A DNA stretch of 61,809 bases, the filler included. It is 9 parts of 9 records of this genome, joined end to end, with 100 filler letters (N's around TTAATTAATTAA, not from the genome) between each part and the next. Parts side by side here need not be neighbours in the genome. Positions count along the whole stretch, not along the records: positions 35,756 to 41,934 come from SRR31156797_38677; positions 42,035 to 48,762 come from SRR31156797_38699; positions 48,863 to 56,511 come from SRR31156797_38702; 6 more parts are not named here. One strand, 5' to 3'. Shown here in pieces: positions 39,415 to 49,622 of the stretch (positions are counted from its first letter, which is position 1; every line of letters starts with the position of its first letter). Below the pieces are notes generated by a model, which was not told the origin of the DNA, searched no databases, and worked only from the letters and a program-made list of their open reading frames with translations. Made by a program: the position numbers and the translations under genes.

Positions 39415-40509
39415 ATGTCACAGAATCAATGGTTGGCAACAGGTAATTTTTTTACAAGCTATAAACAAGAACAGCATACGTTTTTCACCCATTTTGATCG
39501 AAGCATCTTTACCCTGTTTCTTGTACTGTTGTTTGGCTGGCCATTTTTGTTTGAACTGAGCAACAAGAACATGCTGGTACTGGACAATGTTTTGATTGCC
39601 ATTGTGGCTGTCATGGGGCTTAACCTGGTGACAGGTTTTGCAGGACTGATTTCCATCGGGCATGCAGCCTTTGTAGGCATCGGAGCTTATACACTGGCCT
39701 CGTTAAGTCAAATCATAGGCGATTCTCATTTTATCATCACTCATTTATGGCCTTTGACCATCCTGGTGTCAGGTATTACAGGTGCGGTTTTCGGATGCCT
39801 TGTAGGTCTGCCTGCCCTTCGCCTCAGACACCTGTATCTTGCCATTGCCACCCTTTCATTCCAGATGATTTTTCAATGGGTTATCAATTTCATGAGCTTT
39901 TTTAATCAGGGCCAGACCATTTTTATAGGCCGGGTATTCTGGTTTACAGGAAAAGTTGGCAGAAAAGATCATTACCTGTTCTGGTATTTTGTTATCCTGA
40001 CCATTGTCGTGTTGATGGGATTTGGAATCCGCAACCTTCTTAAAACCAAATACGGTCGTTGCCTTGTGGCAGTTCGCGACAATGACAGAGCAGCAGATGC
40101 CATGGGGATTCATCCTGGAATGACAAAGGTTTACGCATTTGCTTTAGCAGGATTCTTTGCAGGAGTTGCAGGCGCGCTTCATGCCTATCTTTACCGTGGT
40201 GTGGGATTTGAGTCCTTTACCCTTCACGAATCCATAGCTTACCTTGCCATGACAATTGTCGGGGGATTAGGAACGCTTAACGGTTCTTTCTGGGGGCCTT
40301 TGACCATAAAACTTCTTGATTTGCAGGTGGAAAATCTGGCTGAAACAGCAGGCCGGTATCTTCCGTCCAATATGAATCTTGCGACAGCCTTGCGTCCCTT
40401 TACCTTTGGCCTGGTTATTGTACTTTTTCTGATGTTTGAATCCAGAGGGATTGCGAACTGGTGGAGGATGGTGAAGTCATATACTAAACTTTGGCCCTTT
40501 CGCTACTGA
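39415..40509 (+). CDS. LIV-type ABC permease (LivM-like)
   Basis: GLISIGHAAF, PALRLRHLYLAIATL, AVRDND, VGGLG. Confidence 0.92.
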   Translation: MSQNQWLATGNFFTSYKQEQHTFFTHFDRSIFTLFLVLLFGWPFLFELSNKNMLVLDNVLIAIVAVMGLNLVTGFAGLISIGHAAFVGIGAYTLASLSQIIGDSHFIITHLWPLTILVSGITGAVFGCLVGLPALRLRHLYLAIATLSFQMIFQWVINFMSFFNQGQTIFIGRVFWFTGKVGRKDHYLFWYFVILTIVVLMGFGIRNLLKTKYGRCLVAVRDNDRAADAMGIHPGMTKVYAFALAGFFAGVAGALHAYLYRGVGFESFTLHESIAYLAMTIVGGLGTLNGSFWGPLTIKLLDLQVENLAETAGRYLPSNMNLATALRPFTFGLVIVLFLMFESRGIANWWRMVKSYTKLWPFRY

Positions 40510-40596
40510 CAGCAAAGGGCTCAACAATACCGGGTTGCCTGACGCATCAATTGCGGGTTGCACCCACAACAAAGAACGAAACCATGGAGGACAATC

Positions 40597-41808
40597 ATGA
40601 AGCGTTGTTTCAGTGCATTAATGGTCTTGGTTGCAGTTTTCGCGTTTACATTTACAGCAAACGCCCAAACTTATAAACTTGGCATCTCAATTGCCATTAC
40701 CGGGGCTACATCCGATGTGGGAAACCCTTACTCCAAAGGGGTGGAAGACTATTTCAAGCTGGTAAACGAAACCAAGTTGCTTGGTGATGACACCGTTGAC
40801 TGCATGATTCGAGATGACCAGTACAAAACAGATGCTACAAAAAGGTACTTTGAAGAATTTTTAGATGAGGACATCGTACTATACCTTGCCTACTCCACAG
40901 GTTCCGTACTTGGGTTGAAACGGGATTTTGAAGAAGAACAGATTCCGGTATTGCCTGCCTCCTACCATGCCGGTAACCTGGATGATTCCAACTATATTTT
41001 TCTGCCTGTAGCCTCATATTCTGAACAGCTGGTTGCTTTGTCCGAATATGTCGTGAAAAATCATAAAGACACCAAGCCCAAGGTTGCCATGTTTATCCAT
41101 CCGTCCGCATTTGGCCGGGGTCCGGTTGATGATGTTAAAAAAGCTATTGCCAAAGGCCTGAATGTTGACATTGTAGAAGTGGTAGAACATGGCAAAGATC
41201 TTGATAATTCAGCCATGCTCCAGAGACTTCTAAGCAAGGGTGTACAATACGTATTGTGCCACACTGTTCAGGCGCCTATAGCCACCATGCTCAAAGACTC
41301 AACGCGGCTGGGACTGACAGCCGAAAGTTATGGAGAAAAGGGAAAACTAACCTACTTAGGAGCCTACTATACCGGTGGAAACGATCTCATTTCCCTGGCC
41401 GGAAGCGCCTGTGAAGGATTCGTCTGGACCTGTTCTTTTAACCTGACATCTGAGCAGGGTAAGAGCACAGACGAACAACTGGCACTTGCAAAACGCTATA
41501 ACCGGGACTCAAAAATTGCAAACTCCAATAATTATGCGGCCGGCATTATGGTGGCCCAGGTGGCCACGGAAGTCATTAACAGGGTCAAGGCAAAGGGCCT
41601 TGAAGTTAATAGAAAAGCACTTTTTGATGAGCTGAACGCCATGAACGGTGAAAATGCCTATCAACCATATACCACAATGGGACCTGTCACCTATTCCAAG
41701 ACCGACAGATCAGGCGTTGATAACCTCCAGATTTATGGTGTTAAAGATGGCGTTTTTAAAAAAATCGGTGCTCCCATTCAGTCAGAATACATGAAAAAAA
41801 TAAAATAA
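40597..41808 (+). CDS. LIV-type ABC substrate-binding protein
   Basis: Signal peptide (..TANA), TGATSDVG, RDDQY; RBS GGAGG before ATG 40597. Confidence 0.9.
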   Translation: MKRCFSALMVLVAVFAFTFTANAQTYKLGISIAITGATSDVGNPYSKGVEDYFKLVNETKLLGDDTVDCMIRDDQYKTDATKRYFEEFLDEDIVLYLAYSTGSVLGLKRDFEEEQIPVLPASYHAGNLDDSNYIFLPVASYSEQLVALSEYVVKNHKDTKPKVAMFIHPSAFGRGPVDDVKKAIAKGLNVDIVEVVEHGKDLDNSAMLQRLLSKGVQYVLCHTVQAPIATMLKDSTRLGLTAESYGEKGKLTYLGAYYTGGNDLISLAGSACEGFVWTCSFNLTSEQGKSTDEQLALAKRYNRDSKIANSNNYAAGIMVAQVATEVINRVKAKGLEVNRKALFDELNAMNGENAYQPYTTMGPVTYSKTDRSGVDNLQIYGVKDGVFKKIGAPIQSEYMKKIK

Positions 41809-41817
41809 CCGTCATGG

Positions 41818-41859
41818 GCTGAGCCTTGGGCCTATAGACACCCAGGTTCCAGGCTCAGC
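41818..41859 (+). other. Intercistronic stem-loop after the binding-protein gene
   Basis: GCTGAGCCT...AGGCTCAGC 9-bp inverted repeat, no U-tract; typical position for an mRNA-stabilising hairpin. Confidence 0.45.
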
Positions 41860-41906
41860 ACACAACAAGGATAGAGAGTTAAGTACAGGATATTAGAAAG
41901 ACTAAT

Positions 41907-41934
41907 ATGGAAAATCTGCTTGAAGTCAATAATA
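41907..41934 (+). CDS. Start of second ABC ATPase (LivF-like), cut by linker
   Basis: MENLLEVNN; expected missing component of the operon. Confidence 0.5.
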
Positions 41935-42034
41935 NNNNNNNNNNNNNNNNNNNNNNNNNNNNNNNNNNNNNNNNNNNNTTAATTAATTAANNNNNNNNNN
42001 NNNNNNNNNNNNNNNNNNNNNNNNNNNNNNNNNN
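41935..42034. other. Artificial contig linker
   Basis: 44 N + TTAATTAATTAA + 44 N. Confidence 0.99.
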
Positions 42035-42067
42035 TCCCCCGCAACCATCAGGCTGCGGGGGATTTTT
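42035..42067. terminator. Rho-independent terminator hairpin
   Basis: TCCCCCGCA-N10-TGCGGGGGA followed by TTTTT; lies just beyond the NhaC-family stop. Confidence 0.65.
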
Positions 42068-42087
42068 CAATTTATATATCCGAATAA

Positions 42088-43392
42088 TTATTTTGGAATT
42101 CTGGGAAATCCGGTCAGGATACTCAGCACTGCTACTACTGCGAGGATGAAGCAGTAATGCATGTTGCCGATGATCTCGAGCGGGGAAAGCCCGGAGATTG
42201 AACCTGCCAGCAGGATCTGTGCGCCGTAGGGGATGATTCCCTGTACTACGCAGGAGAAGATATCCAGCAGACTTGCGCTGCGGCGGGGATCAACATTGTG
42301 GCTCTCTGCGATTTCCTTAGCCATGCCCCCGGTAAGGATGATGGCTACGGTGTTATTCGCGGTACAAAGGTCAGACATTACGGAAAGCGCACTGATGCTG
42401 AACTCACCGGCCTTGGTTGACTTGGTGCCCTTGGTCAGTTTGCCGATGAAGTTAATAATGTAAGTAATACCACCGTGGAACTTAATCAGCTCACCGAGAC
42501 CACCTACCAACAGGGAAAGCACGAGAATTTCCTGCATTCCGGTAAAACCTTTGTAGATATCCTGAGAGAAGGTCAGCAGATTGAAACTGTCCATAGAGGC
42601 AAAACCAACCAGCCCGGTAAAGACGATACCTGAACCGAGAACAACGAAAACGTTCACGCCGAGAACAGCCATGACCAGAATGGTGATGTAAGGCAGAACC
42701 TTGAGCAAGCTGTAACCGCCCTCGGCTACGACCTGTCCGCCCTCGCCTGCAAAATAAAGAATAATAATGGTAAAGATTGCCGCCGGTAGCGCTATGAGCA
42801 GGTTCATCTTAAACTTGTCGCTCATCTGACAGCCCTGAGTACGTGTTGCAGCGATGGTAGTATCGGAGATCATGGACAGGTTATCACCGAACATGGCCCC
42901 GCCCACAACTGCGCCCATGAGCAGTGCGGAAGAAATATCAGTTTTCCCGGCTACACCTACAGCGATTGGTGCGATAGCAGCGATAGTACCCATGGAAGTA
43001 CCCATGGCAGTAGCGATGAAAGCAGCGATAACAAACAGTCCAGGCAGAACCATGGAAGCCGGAACAATGGACAGACCGAGGTTTACGGTTGACTCAACAC
43101 CACCGATAGATTTTGCAACAGCTGCAAATCCGCCGGCCAGCAGGTAGATCATACACATGGTAACGATACCCGGCTCACCTGCACCACGCAGGAAGATATT
43201 GATCTTGTCGTTGAGCTTGTCCTTACCCATCCAGATTGCCCATGCAATTGCAGGCAGAATGGCCACTGTTGCGGAGAGCTGGTAGAAAGCCATGCTGGTT
43301 CCGTTCATGGTCAGGAAAAATCCGGTTCCAATAAAAATCACCAAAAATAGAGCCAATGGCGCTAGAGCCAAACCGTTTGCTTCCTGTTTCAT
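42088..43392 (-). CDS. NhaC-family transporter (amino-acid/methionine transporter-like subgroup)
   Basis: GTSMGT, GAMFGDNLSMISDTTIAATRTQG, TANNTVAI, IPYGAQ. Confidence 0.85.
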   Translation of the reverse strand: MKQEANGLALAPLALFLVIFIGTGFFLTMNGTSMAFYQLSATVAILPAIAWAIWMGKDKLNDKINIFLRGAGEPGIVTMCMIYLLAGGFAAVAKSIGGVESTVNLGLSIVPASMVLPGLFVIAAFIATAMGTSMGTIAAIAPIAVGVAGKTDISSALLMGAVVGGAMFGDNLSMISDTTIAATRTQGCQMSDKFKMNLLIALPAAIFTIIILYFAGEGGQVVAEGGYSLLKVLPYITILVMAVLGVNVFVVLGSGIVFTGLVGFASMDSFNLLTFSQDIYKGFTGMQEILVLSLLVGGLGELIKFHGGITYIINFIGKLTKGTKSTKAGEFSISALSVMSDLCTANNTVAIILTGGMAKEIAESHNVDPRRSASLLDIFSCVVQGIIPYGAQILLAGSISGLSPLEIIGNMHYCFILAVVAVLSILTGFPRIPK

Positions 43393-43632
43393 AGTACTAT
43401 ATTCCTATATAAAGAGTTAGACATATAGTTCGAGTAAAAAAGATCTCCGCTGGGCGGAGCTATTGTTCGAACCAGTTTAAGAAAATCAACGTAAGTAACT
43501 ACTTTTCTATTGAAAATAGTAATTTTTGCGCTAAATTTTCATTATTTGCGTTACTTCGATGAATTTAATGCTCACCTTTTAGGAGTTATGTCAACAAAAA
43601 CCGAACAGGATTTCTTAAAGCTGAACTTAAAC

Positions 43633-43674
43633 AAAAAAGCTCCTTCCGTACCTATTCAGCACAAAAGGAGCTTT
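43633..43674 (-). terminator. Rho-independent terminator of purT
   Basis: Minus strand AAAGCTCCTT...AAGGAGCTTTTTT. Confidence 0.7.
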
Positions 43675-43697
43675 GAAATCAGGTTATATAAAATAAA

Positions 43698-44879
43698 TTA
43701 GTATTCGATTTTTACAGCAGAAGAAGCGCGGATAGCACGGGCTTTGGCGTCTTCCACATCATCACCAAGGGCAAGGGCAACACCGAGACGGCGTACACCA
43801 TCACATTCGCCCTTACCGAAAATAAGAACTTTAGTGTCAGCTTCTTCGAGAGCCTTATCCACGTTAGTAAAAGCCGGAGCTTCGGACTTACCGTTGGAAA
43901 GGATTACACTGGAAGCAGCAGGTCCATACTGGCGGATAGCCGGAATCGGCAGGCCGATGATAGCTCTTACATGCAGAGCAAACTCACTCAGATCCTGAGA
44001 AATTACGGTCACCAGTCCAGTATCGTGAGGACGGGGAGAAACTTCACTGAAAATTACTTCCTCACCTTTGACAAACAGCTCTACGCCGAAAAGACCTCTG
44101 CCGCCAAGAGCGTCAGTGATTCTGAGTGCGTAATCCTGCGCATTGGCAAGAGCAGCATCAGTCATGGGCTGCGGCTGCCAAGATTCACGGTAGTCACCGT
44201 CATCCTGCCTGTGCCCGATGGGTGCGCAATAGGAAGTACCACCTGCATGGCGCACGGTGAGCAGAGTTATTTCATAATCAAAATCAACAAAGCTTTCTAC
44301 GATTATACGCCCTTCCCCGGTACGTCCTCCGGACTGGGAGTAATCCCAAGCGCGGTCAATGTCAGCTTCGGATTTAACAGTGCTTTGTCCTTTACCGGAA
44401 GAACTCATGACCGGCTTGATCACGCAGGGAATACCGATTTCTTTTACTGCTGCGAGGTACTCTTCCTTGGTATCGGCAAATTTGTAGGGGGAAGTTTTCA
44501 GGCCCACTTCTTCTGCAGCCAAGCGACGAATGCCCTCGCGATCCATGGTCAAGCGGGTAGCGCGGGCAGTGGGAACTACGTTGAAGCCTTCCTGTTCCAA
44601 CTCGAGAAGTGTCTCGGTGGCAATAGCTTCAATTTCCGGCACGATGAAATCAGGCTTTTCGGTTTCAACAACACGGCGCAACTCCGCTGCATCAAGCATG
44701 GAAATCACATAGCTGCGGTGAGCTACCTGCATGGCCGGGGTATTTTCATACCTGTCCACGACAATGACCTCAACGCCGAGACGCTGAGCTTCTATGACAA
44801 CCTCTTTACCAAGTTCACCGCCGCCAAGCAGCATCATTTTACGGGCTGAAGCGGTTCCGGCTGTTCCGAGAGTGACCAT
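43698..44879 (-). CDS. purT: Formate-dependent phosphoribosylglycinamide formyltransferase
   Basis: [49 protein letters not shown]. Confidence 0.96.
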   Translation of the reverse strand: MVTLGTAGTASARKMMLLGGGELGKEVVIEAQRLGVEVIVVDRYENTPAMQVAHRSYVISMLDAAELRRVVETEKPDFIVPEIEAIATETLLELEQEGFNVVPTARATRLTMDREGIRRLAAEEVGLKTSPYKFADTKEEYLAAVKEIGIPCVIKPVMSSSGKGQSTVKSEADIDRAWDYSQSGGRTGEGRIIVESFVDFDYEITLLTVRHAGGTSYCAPIGHRQDDGDYRESWQPQPMTDAALANAQDYALRITDALGGRGLFGVELFVKGEEVIFSEVSPRPHDTGLVTVISQDLSEFALHVRAIIGLPIPAIRQYGPAASSVILSNGKSEAPAFTNVDKALEEADTKVLIFGKGECDGVRRLGVALALGDDVEDAKARAIRASSAVKIEY

Positions 44880-45063
44880 AAATTATACTCCGTAAGGTGT
44901 TTTGTCTTGTGGGAAATTTATTTCGTGTGGGTGTGCTTCTACTCTCATAAGACAAACAAAAATTCAAGGAATTAGATATGCCCTTCTCCTTGTCATCGAT
45001 ATCTCCATGTTGTATTTTCTACGTCTGAACTAAGCAGTATTTAAAAGGAGCCTCCTTATTAAT

Positions 45064-45642
45064 ATGGATAAGAAAAAAATAATCCTCGCCGTGAGCGGTG
45101 CCAGCGGAACCATGTATGCGGTCAAACTTGCTCAACATCTCGGTTCTGCTGAAAATGTTGAGCTGCACCTGATTATTTCCGATGCCGCCCTGAAGGTGAT
45201 GGACCTTGAAACCGAATTTAAACCTGAAGACCTGACCGGATGCGCAGATTTCGTATACCAGCAGAAGAACATCGCAGCCCCTCCGGCCAGCGGATCATGG
45301 CAACATGACGGAATGATCATCTGCCCCTGCTCTATGGCTACCCTTGCGGCAATTGCACAGGGCTTGGGCAGCAACCTGCTCCACCGGGCCGCGGATGTCT
45401 GTCTCAAGGAACGACGCAAACTGGTTCTGGTTACCCGCGAAACCCCGCTTAACCTAATCCATATCCGTAATATGGAAACTGCGACCCTTGCCGGGGCAAC
45501 GATTATGCCCGCTTCACCGGGATTCTACCATGCTCCCAGAAGTCTGGATGACATGGCCTCACATATGGCAGGACGAATTCTTGAACAAATGAAAATCCCC
45601 CACAACTTGTACCTCCGCTGGGGGGAGGAATCATCGAGGTAA
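45064..45642 (+). CDS. ubiX: Flavin prenyltransferase UbiX family
   Basis: SGASG, PASGS, PCSMATL, RAADVCLKE, RETPL, PGFY. Confidence 0.94.
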   Translation: MDKKKIILAVSGASGTMYAVKLAQHLGSAENVELHLIISDAALKVMDLETEFKPEDLTGCADFVYQQKNIAAPPASGSWQHDGMIICPCSMATLAAIAQGLGSNLLHRAADVCLKERRKLVLVTRETPLNLIHIRNMETATLAGATIMPASPGFYHAPRSLDDMASHMAGRILEQMKIPHNLYLRWGEESSR

Positions 45643-45645
45643 GCT

Positions 45646-46329
45646 ATGAAACACACATTCACATGGAACGGACATTCCAACTTCACAATCAAGTCTGATG
45701 ACAAAACAATAATCATCGACCCTTTTTTTGAGGGCAATCCAAAAGCCTTAGCCAAATGGGAATCCATCAGCAAGGCTGACGCTGTGCTGGTCACTCATGA
45801 TCATGGCGATCATATCGGGCAGGCAGTTGAAATATGCAATGCAACCGGAGCAACGCTGGTCTGTATTTTCGATCTGGTAGAAAAAATGATTAAGCTGGGC
45901 ATAGACCAGAACAACATAATCGGCATGAACATCGGCGGCACAGTTTCCGTAGCCGGAATCAAAATAAAAATGGTACAGGCCATGCATTCCTCCGCCACCG
46001 GTGCACCAGCCGGATACATCCTCACTTACGAAAACGATTTCTGTGTCTACTTTGCCGGGGATACCGGACTGTTCGCATCCATGGAACTCTTCGGCAAGCT
46101 GCATGCCATCGACGTAGCCCTGCTGCCCACTGGAGGCTGGTTCACCATGGATTCAAAAGACGCAGCTTATGCCTGCAAGCTGCTGAATTGCAAAACCGCA
46201 ATCCCCATGCATTTCGGTACATTTCCCATTCTGGAACAGGATGCTGTTAACTTTAAAGACGCATGCGCTGAGCTGGCACCTGAGTGTAAGGTGGTTGAGC
46301 TGACAATAGGAAAAGAACAAGAAATTTAA
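45646..46329 (+). CDS. Metallo-beta-lactamase-fold hydrolase (UPF0173-like)
   Basis: GHS, IDPF, THDHGDH, HSS, AGDT, PMHFGTF. Confidence 0.9.
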   Translation: MKHTFTWNGHSNFTIKSDDKTIIIDPFFEGNPKALAKWESISKADAVLVTHDHGDHIGQAVEICNATGATLVCIFDLVEKMIKLGIDQNNIIGMNIGGTVSVAGIKIKMVQAMHSSATGAPAGYILTYENDFCVYFAGDTGLFASMELFGKLHAIDVALLPTGGWFTMDSKDAAYACKLLNCKTAIPMHFGTFPILEQDAVNFKDACAELAPECKVVELTIGKEQEI

Positions 46330-46356
46330 AAGGCTTCCCCAGCCGCCGGAGGCATC

Positions 46357-48165
46357 TTAAACCTCCCGAAAAGCATCAAATATCTGCTGGGCGCGCTTTT
46401 TGCCGATTCCCTGAACATTAGAGAGGTCTTCCACGGAGGCCTCTTTCATTTTCTGCACAGAACCGAACTCATCCCAGAGCAAACGGGCTGTCTTGGGACC
46501 AATTCCGGGCAGTGAAAGCACTTCACTCTGCAAGACTTTCTTTTTACGCGACTTACGCTGTCTGCCGATAACAAAACGATGCGCCTCATCACGAACACGC
46601 TGCAAATATAGAAGTTCCGGACTCCCCCCCTTAAGCGGAAGATGATTCTTACGTCCGGGCCGGAAAATGCGGTCTTCAAGCTCACCGGCTTTACGGGTCG
46701 GACCTTTGGCTATGGAAGCCAGATGCGGAATCGGCTCATCATACTTCCAGTTCTCAGCAAAGGCCTTTTCAACCGAAGCAAGCTGCCCCTTACCTCCATC
46801 TATTAATATAAGGTCCGCCCACGGAGGCCCGGAGTCGATGCGCTTGATCACCCAGTGAAAAAGTGCGGCATAATCGTCAGAGGAATGCTCCAACTCAGGG
46901 AATGCATAGGTGCGGTATTGGGATTTTTCCGGCTTGGCTTCTTCAAAAACGACCATCCCCACTCGCATCCCCTCCCCACCGAGATGGGAGGCATCAATAC
47001 ATTCAATCCGCTGCGGCGGACCGGAAAGTTTAAGTTTCTCGGCCAATAGGTCAAGAATGTTGTCATTACCCCTTTCCTTGTCTTTGAGGCCAAGGGCGGC
47101 ATTCTTGCGGGCAATCTCCAAGAGCCGTTTTTCCTCACCGCTGTGCGGAGTCACGATACGAACAGTGGATTTGCTACGCTCGCTGAGCAGTTCAGCCGCC
47201 CCCTGCATGTCAAACTCAAAGGGCACGAAAAGTTTAGGAGGAATAAATTTAGTTGAAGAATAGAACTGGGAAACGAAGCTGTTCAGCACCTCTTCACCAT
47301 CTTCAAGACTGAGTCCCGGCCAGAAGAAATTCTTTTTATCAAGCAAACGCCCTTTTCTAATAAAGAGCAACCCCAACCCCACGCCCTGTGAGGATTCCGC
47401 AAGAGCAATGACATCTATATCCGAGCGTTCACCGAGCACCACGGACTGCTTTTCCACAGTCTTCTGAATGGCTTTGATCTGATCACGAAACTTAGCGGCG
47501 CTTTCAAAATCCAATGTATCTGAAGCTTCTTCCATCTGACGTCGCAAAGAACCGATCAGATCTCCGGCCTTTCCGGAAAGAAGCATTTCCACCTGATGAA
47601 CCAGCTCCATGTAATCCTGCCGGGGAACTATGTTCACACAGGGACCGAGGCATTGCCCGATATCATGATACAAGCAGGGCCGCACCCGGTTACGAAAAGC
47701 AGAATCAGAACATTTACGAAGCGGAAAGACCTTACCAAGCACTTTCCATGTTTCGCGAGCAAAGTAGCTGGAAGTATAAGGTCCGAAATAAACAGAACCA
47801 TCGCGCACGACTTTGCGGGTCATACGCAAACGGGGATATTCAGATTTCTTATCCAGCTGAAAAAGCACGTACTGCTTATCATCACGCAAAACCACATTGT
47901 AGCGCGGCCTGTGCTTCTTGATCAGGCTGGCCTCAAGTAACAACGCTTCTTTCTCAGTCCCGGTAACAAGAGTATCAATAGAATTAATTTTGGAAACCAG
48001 TACCCGGGTCTTAGGAGTATGCTTGTGCATGGCCCGGAAATATGATGCCAGCCTTTTACGCAACTCCCGGGCCTTCCCTACATATATAATACGTCCTGAT
48101 GAATCCTTCATCAGATATACACCGGGCAATGCCGGAAAATCGACGCTCTTAAATTCAAAACTCAT
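46357..48165 (-). CDS. uvrC: Excinuclease ABC subunit C
   Basis: PGVYLM..IYVGKA GIY-YIG, IDGGKGQ, RDEAHRF, HhH motifs. Confidence 0.96.
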   Translation of the reverse strand: MSFEFKSVDFPALPGVYLMKDSSGRIIYVGKARELRKRLASYFRAMHKHTPKTRVLVSKINSIDTLVTGTEKEALLLEASLIKKHRPRYNVVLRDDKQYVLFQLDKKSEYPRLRMTRKVVRDGSVYFGPYTSSYFARETWKVLGKVFPLRKCSDSAFRNRVRPCLYHDIGQCLGPCVNIVPRQDYMELVHQVEMLLSGKAGDLIGSLRRQMEEASDTLDFESAAKFRDQIKAIQKTVEKQSVVLGERSDIDVIALAESSQGVGLGLLFIRKGRLLDKKNFFWPGLSLEDGEEVLNSFVSQFYSSTKFIPPKLFVPFEFDMQGAAELLSERSKSTVRIVTPHSGEEKRLLEIARKNAALGLKDKERGNDNILDLLAEKLKLSGPPQRIECIDASHLGGEGMRVGMVVFEEAKPEKSQYRTYAFPELEHSSDDYAALFHWVIKRIDSGPPWADLILIDGGKGQLASVEKAFAENWKYDEPIPHLASIAKGPTRKAGELEDRIFRPGRKNHLPLKGGSPELLYLQRVRDEAHRFVIGRQRKSRKKKVLQSEVLSLPGIGPKTARLLWDEFGSVQKMKEASVEDLSNVQGIGKKRAQQIFDAFREV

Positions 48166-48462
48166 GATTGGTTTGCTCGTATAATTTTTTAAACCCGGTT
48201 CAAAATCAACATTTGAGAACTAACTTTGAGCTTATACATTGTCAATAAAGGGATTCCGGCTAGCCTTTAAAAGTCTAGAGAATATCTATGTTTCTGATGA
48301 TTTTGTGCGGGTATAAAAAATTATACGGTAAAATTTTTTATACCCTTGTCAAAAAAATGTAATTTTTCGCTTGCAATGGATTTCCTGAAGAGCTAGAACT
48401 GTTTCTGAAGGTAGGCGTCAAGCAATCGTGCTTAAACATTTATTCAGCAAAAGGAATAAAAA

Positions 48463-48762
48463 ATGAAAAAACTTGCTATTCTTGCAGTGCTCGCATGCAT
48501 GGTCTTCGGCTTTGCTGCTACTGCATCCGCAGTTGATCTGGACGCTAAAGGCCAGTTCCAGTTCCAGATGAACCTTACCGAAAACCGTGATTTCCTCTCC
48601 GCTAAAGACGGTGGTTCCGGCGAAGATGACCTGAACTTCTGGTTCCGTGCTCGTACCGAATTCCGTTTCATCGCAAACGAAAACCTCTGGGCAGTTCTGT
48701 ACACTGAGTACAAGAACCGCGTAGGCACCGGTCACGTTAACACTTCCACCAACGACAACGAC
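48463..48762 (+). CDS. Desulfovibrio-type outer-membrane homotrimeric porin (5' fragment)
   Basis: Signal peptide MKKLAILAVLA..ASA, then alternating beta-strand pattern FRARTEFRFIANENL. Confidence 0.7.
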
Positions 48763-48862
48763 NNNNNNNNNNNNNNNNNNNNNNNNNNNNNNNNNNNNNN
48801 NNNNNNTTAATTAATTAANNNNNNNNNNNNNNNNNNNNNNNNNNNNNNNNNNNNNNNNNNNN
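48763..48862. other. Artificial contig linker
   Basis: 44 N + TTAATTAATTAA + 44 N. Confidence 0.99.
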
Positions 48863-48937
48863 AACGAAGAAAACCGTTGCAGCCAGGCAAAGGACCAGAC
48901 ACAGAAGCCGGCAGGATTTTTCTACATGCAAACTCAA
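48863..48937 (-). CDS. Possible start of an exported protein running off the contig
   Basis: TTG start behind GGAG; LSLHVEKSCRLLCLVLCLAATVFFV looks like a signal peptide. Confidence 0.3.
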
Positions 48938-49622
48938 ACTGATCTCCGAAGGCGCCCCTTTTAATAAATGAGCATTAACAGAAAGCGCCGTATAGGTTCA
49001 GGCAAAAGTTCCTGTTTTGCCAGGTTCTATACAATATGCTGTGTACGCCTCAAAAAAACGGATCTGGAGAGTAGGGGGCTCCACGCCCTGGCTCTATACC
49101 CGAATACCAGGGGAAGCGCCGCCGCTAACATGATTGTATTTCTTTGAATTTATGGTTCTCACTCACCCCGAACGTCTATTAAATTAATGAATATGGTGAA
49201 TGCGTTATATTTTACTATAACAAGAAAAATCAGCCACGGGCAGGGTACGCGCGCGAAAGAGTCGGTTTGGTATTCGATCCGCATTGAATTGCAGCGGTTA
49301 TTTATTTCTTAAACATTATGATCAATTGTTTAATGAATCAATACGACACAGTATTTGTTGGAAGCTGGTTGGCGGGAATGGGGTAATACAAATATGAAAC
49401 AGGAAAAAAAACGCGGGGCTCTGCCCCCTCCTGCTTATTATCGAATTTATTATATTTTGGTAGATTCTGCAAATTTATATAGTATTCAAAACAGTTGTAA
49501 ATTGCAAACCACAGCCGTTTCACTCCCATATTCAACTCATGCCGGTTGTGAATAAGGATAAAAAATTTTGAGATGATATAATAAACTACAGATATTTTTT
49601 CCATGTTAATGAGACCTCGGCT

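Noticed and set aside
43393-43630. SAM-I riboswitch or T-box upstream of the NhaC-family gene
   Set aside because: Expected from gene family, but the conserved motifs are not visible on the minus strand
43971-44849. 292-aa plus-strand ORF
   Set aside because: Antisense shadow of purT with strongly biased codons
46343-46353. GCCGCCGGAGGC-like motif between convergent genes as a REP element
   Set aside because: Resembles a Desulfovibrio-type intergenic repeat half-site, but only one short copy is visible
48985-49035. c-di-GMP-I riboswitch suggested by GGCAAA
   Set aside because: No GAAA-tetraloop stem or GCAAAG second motif; only a simple hairpin
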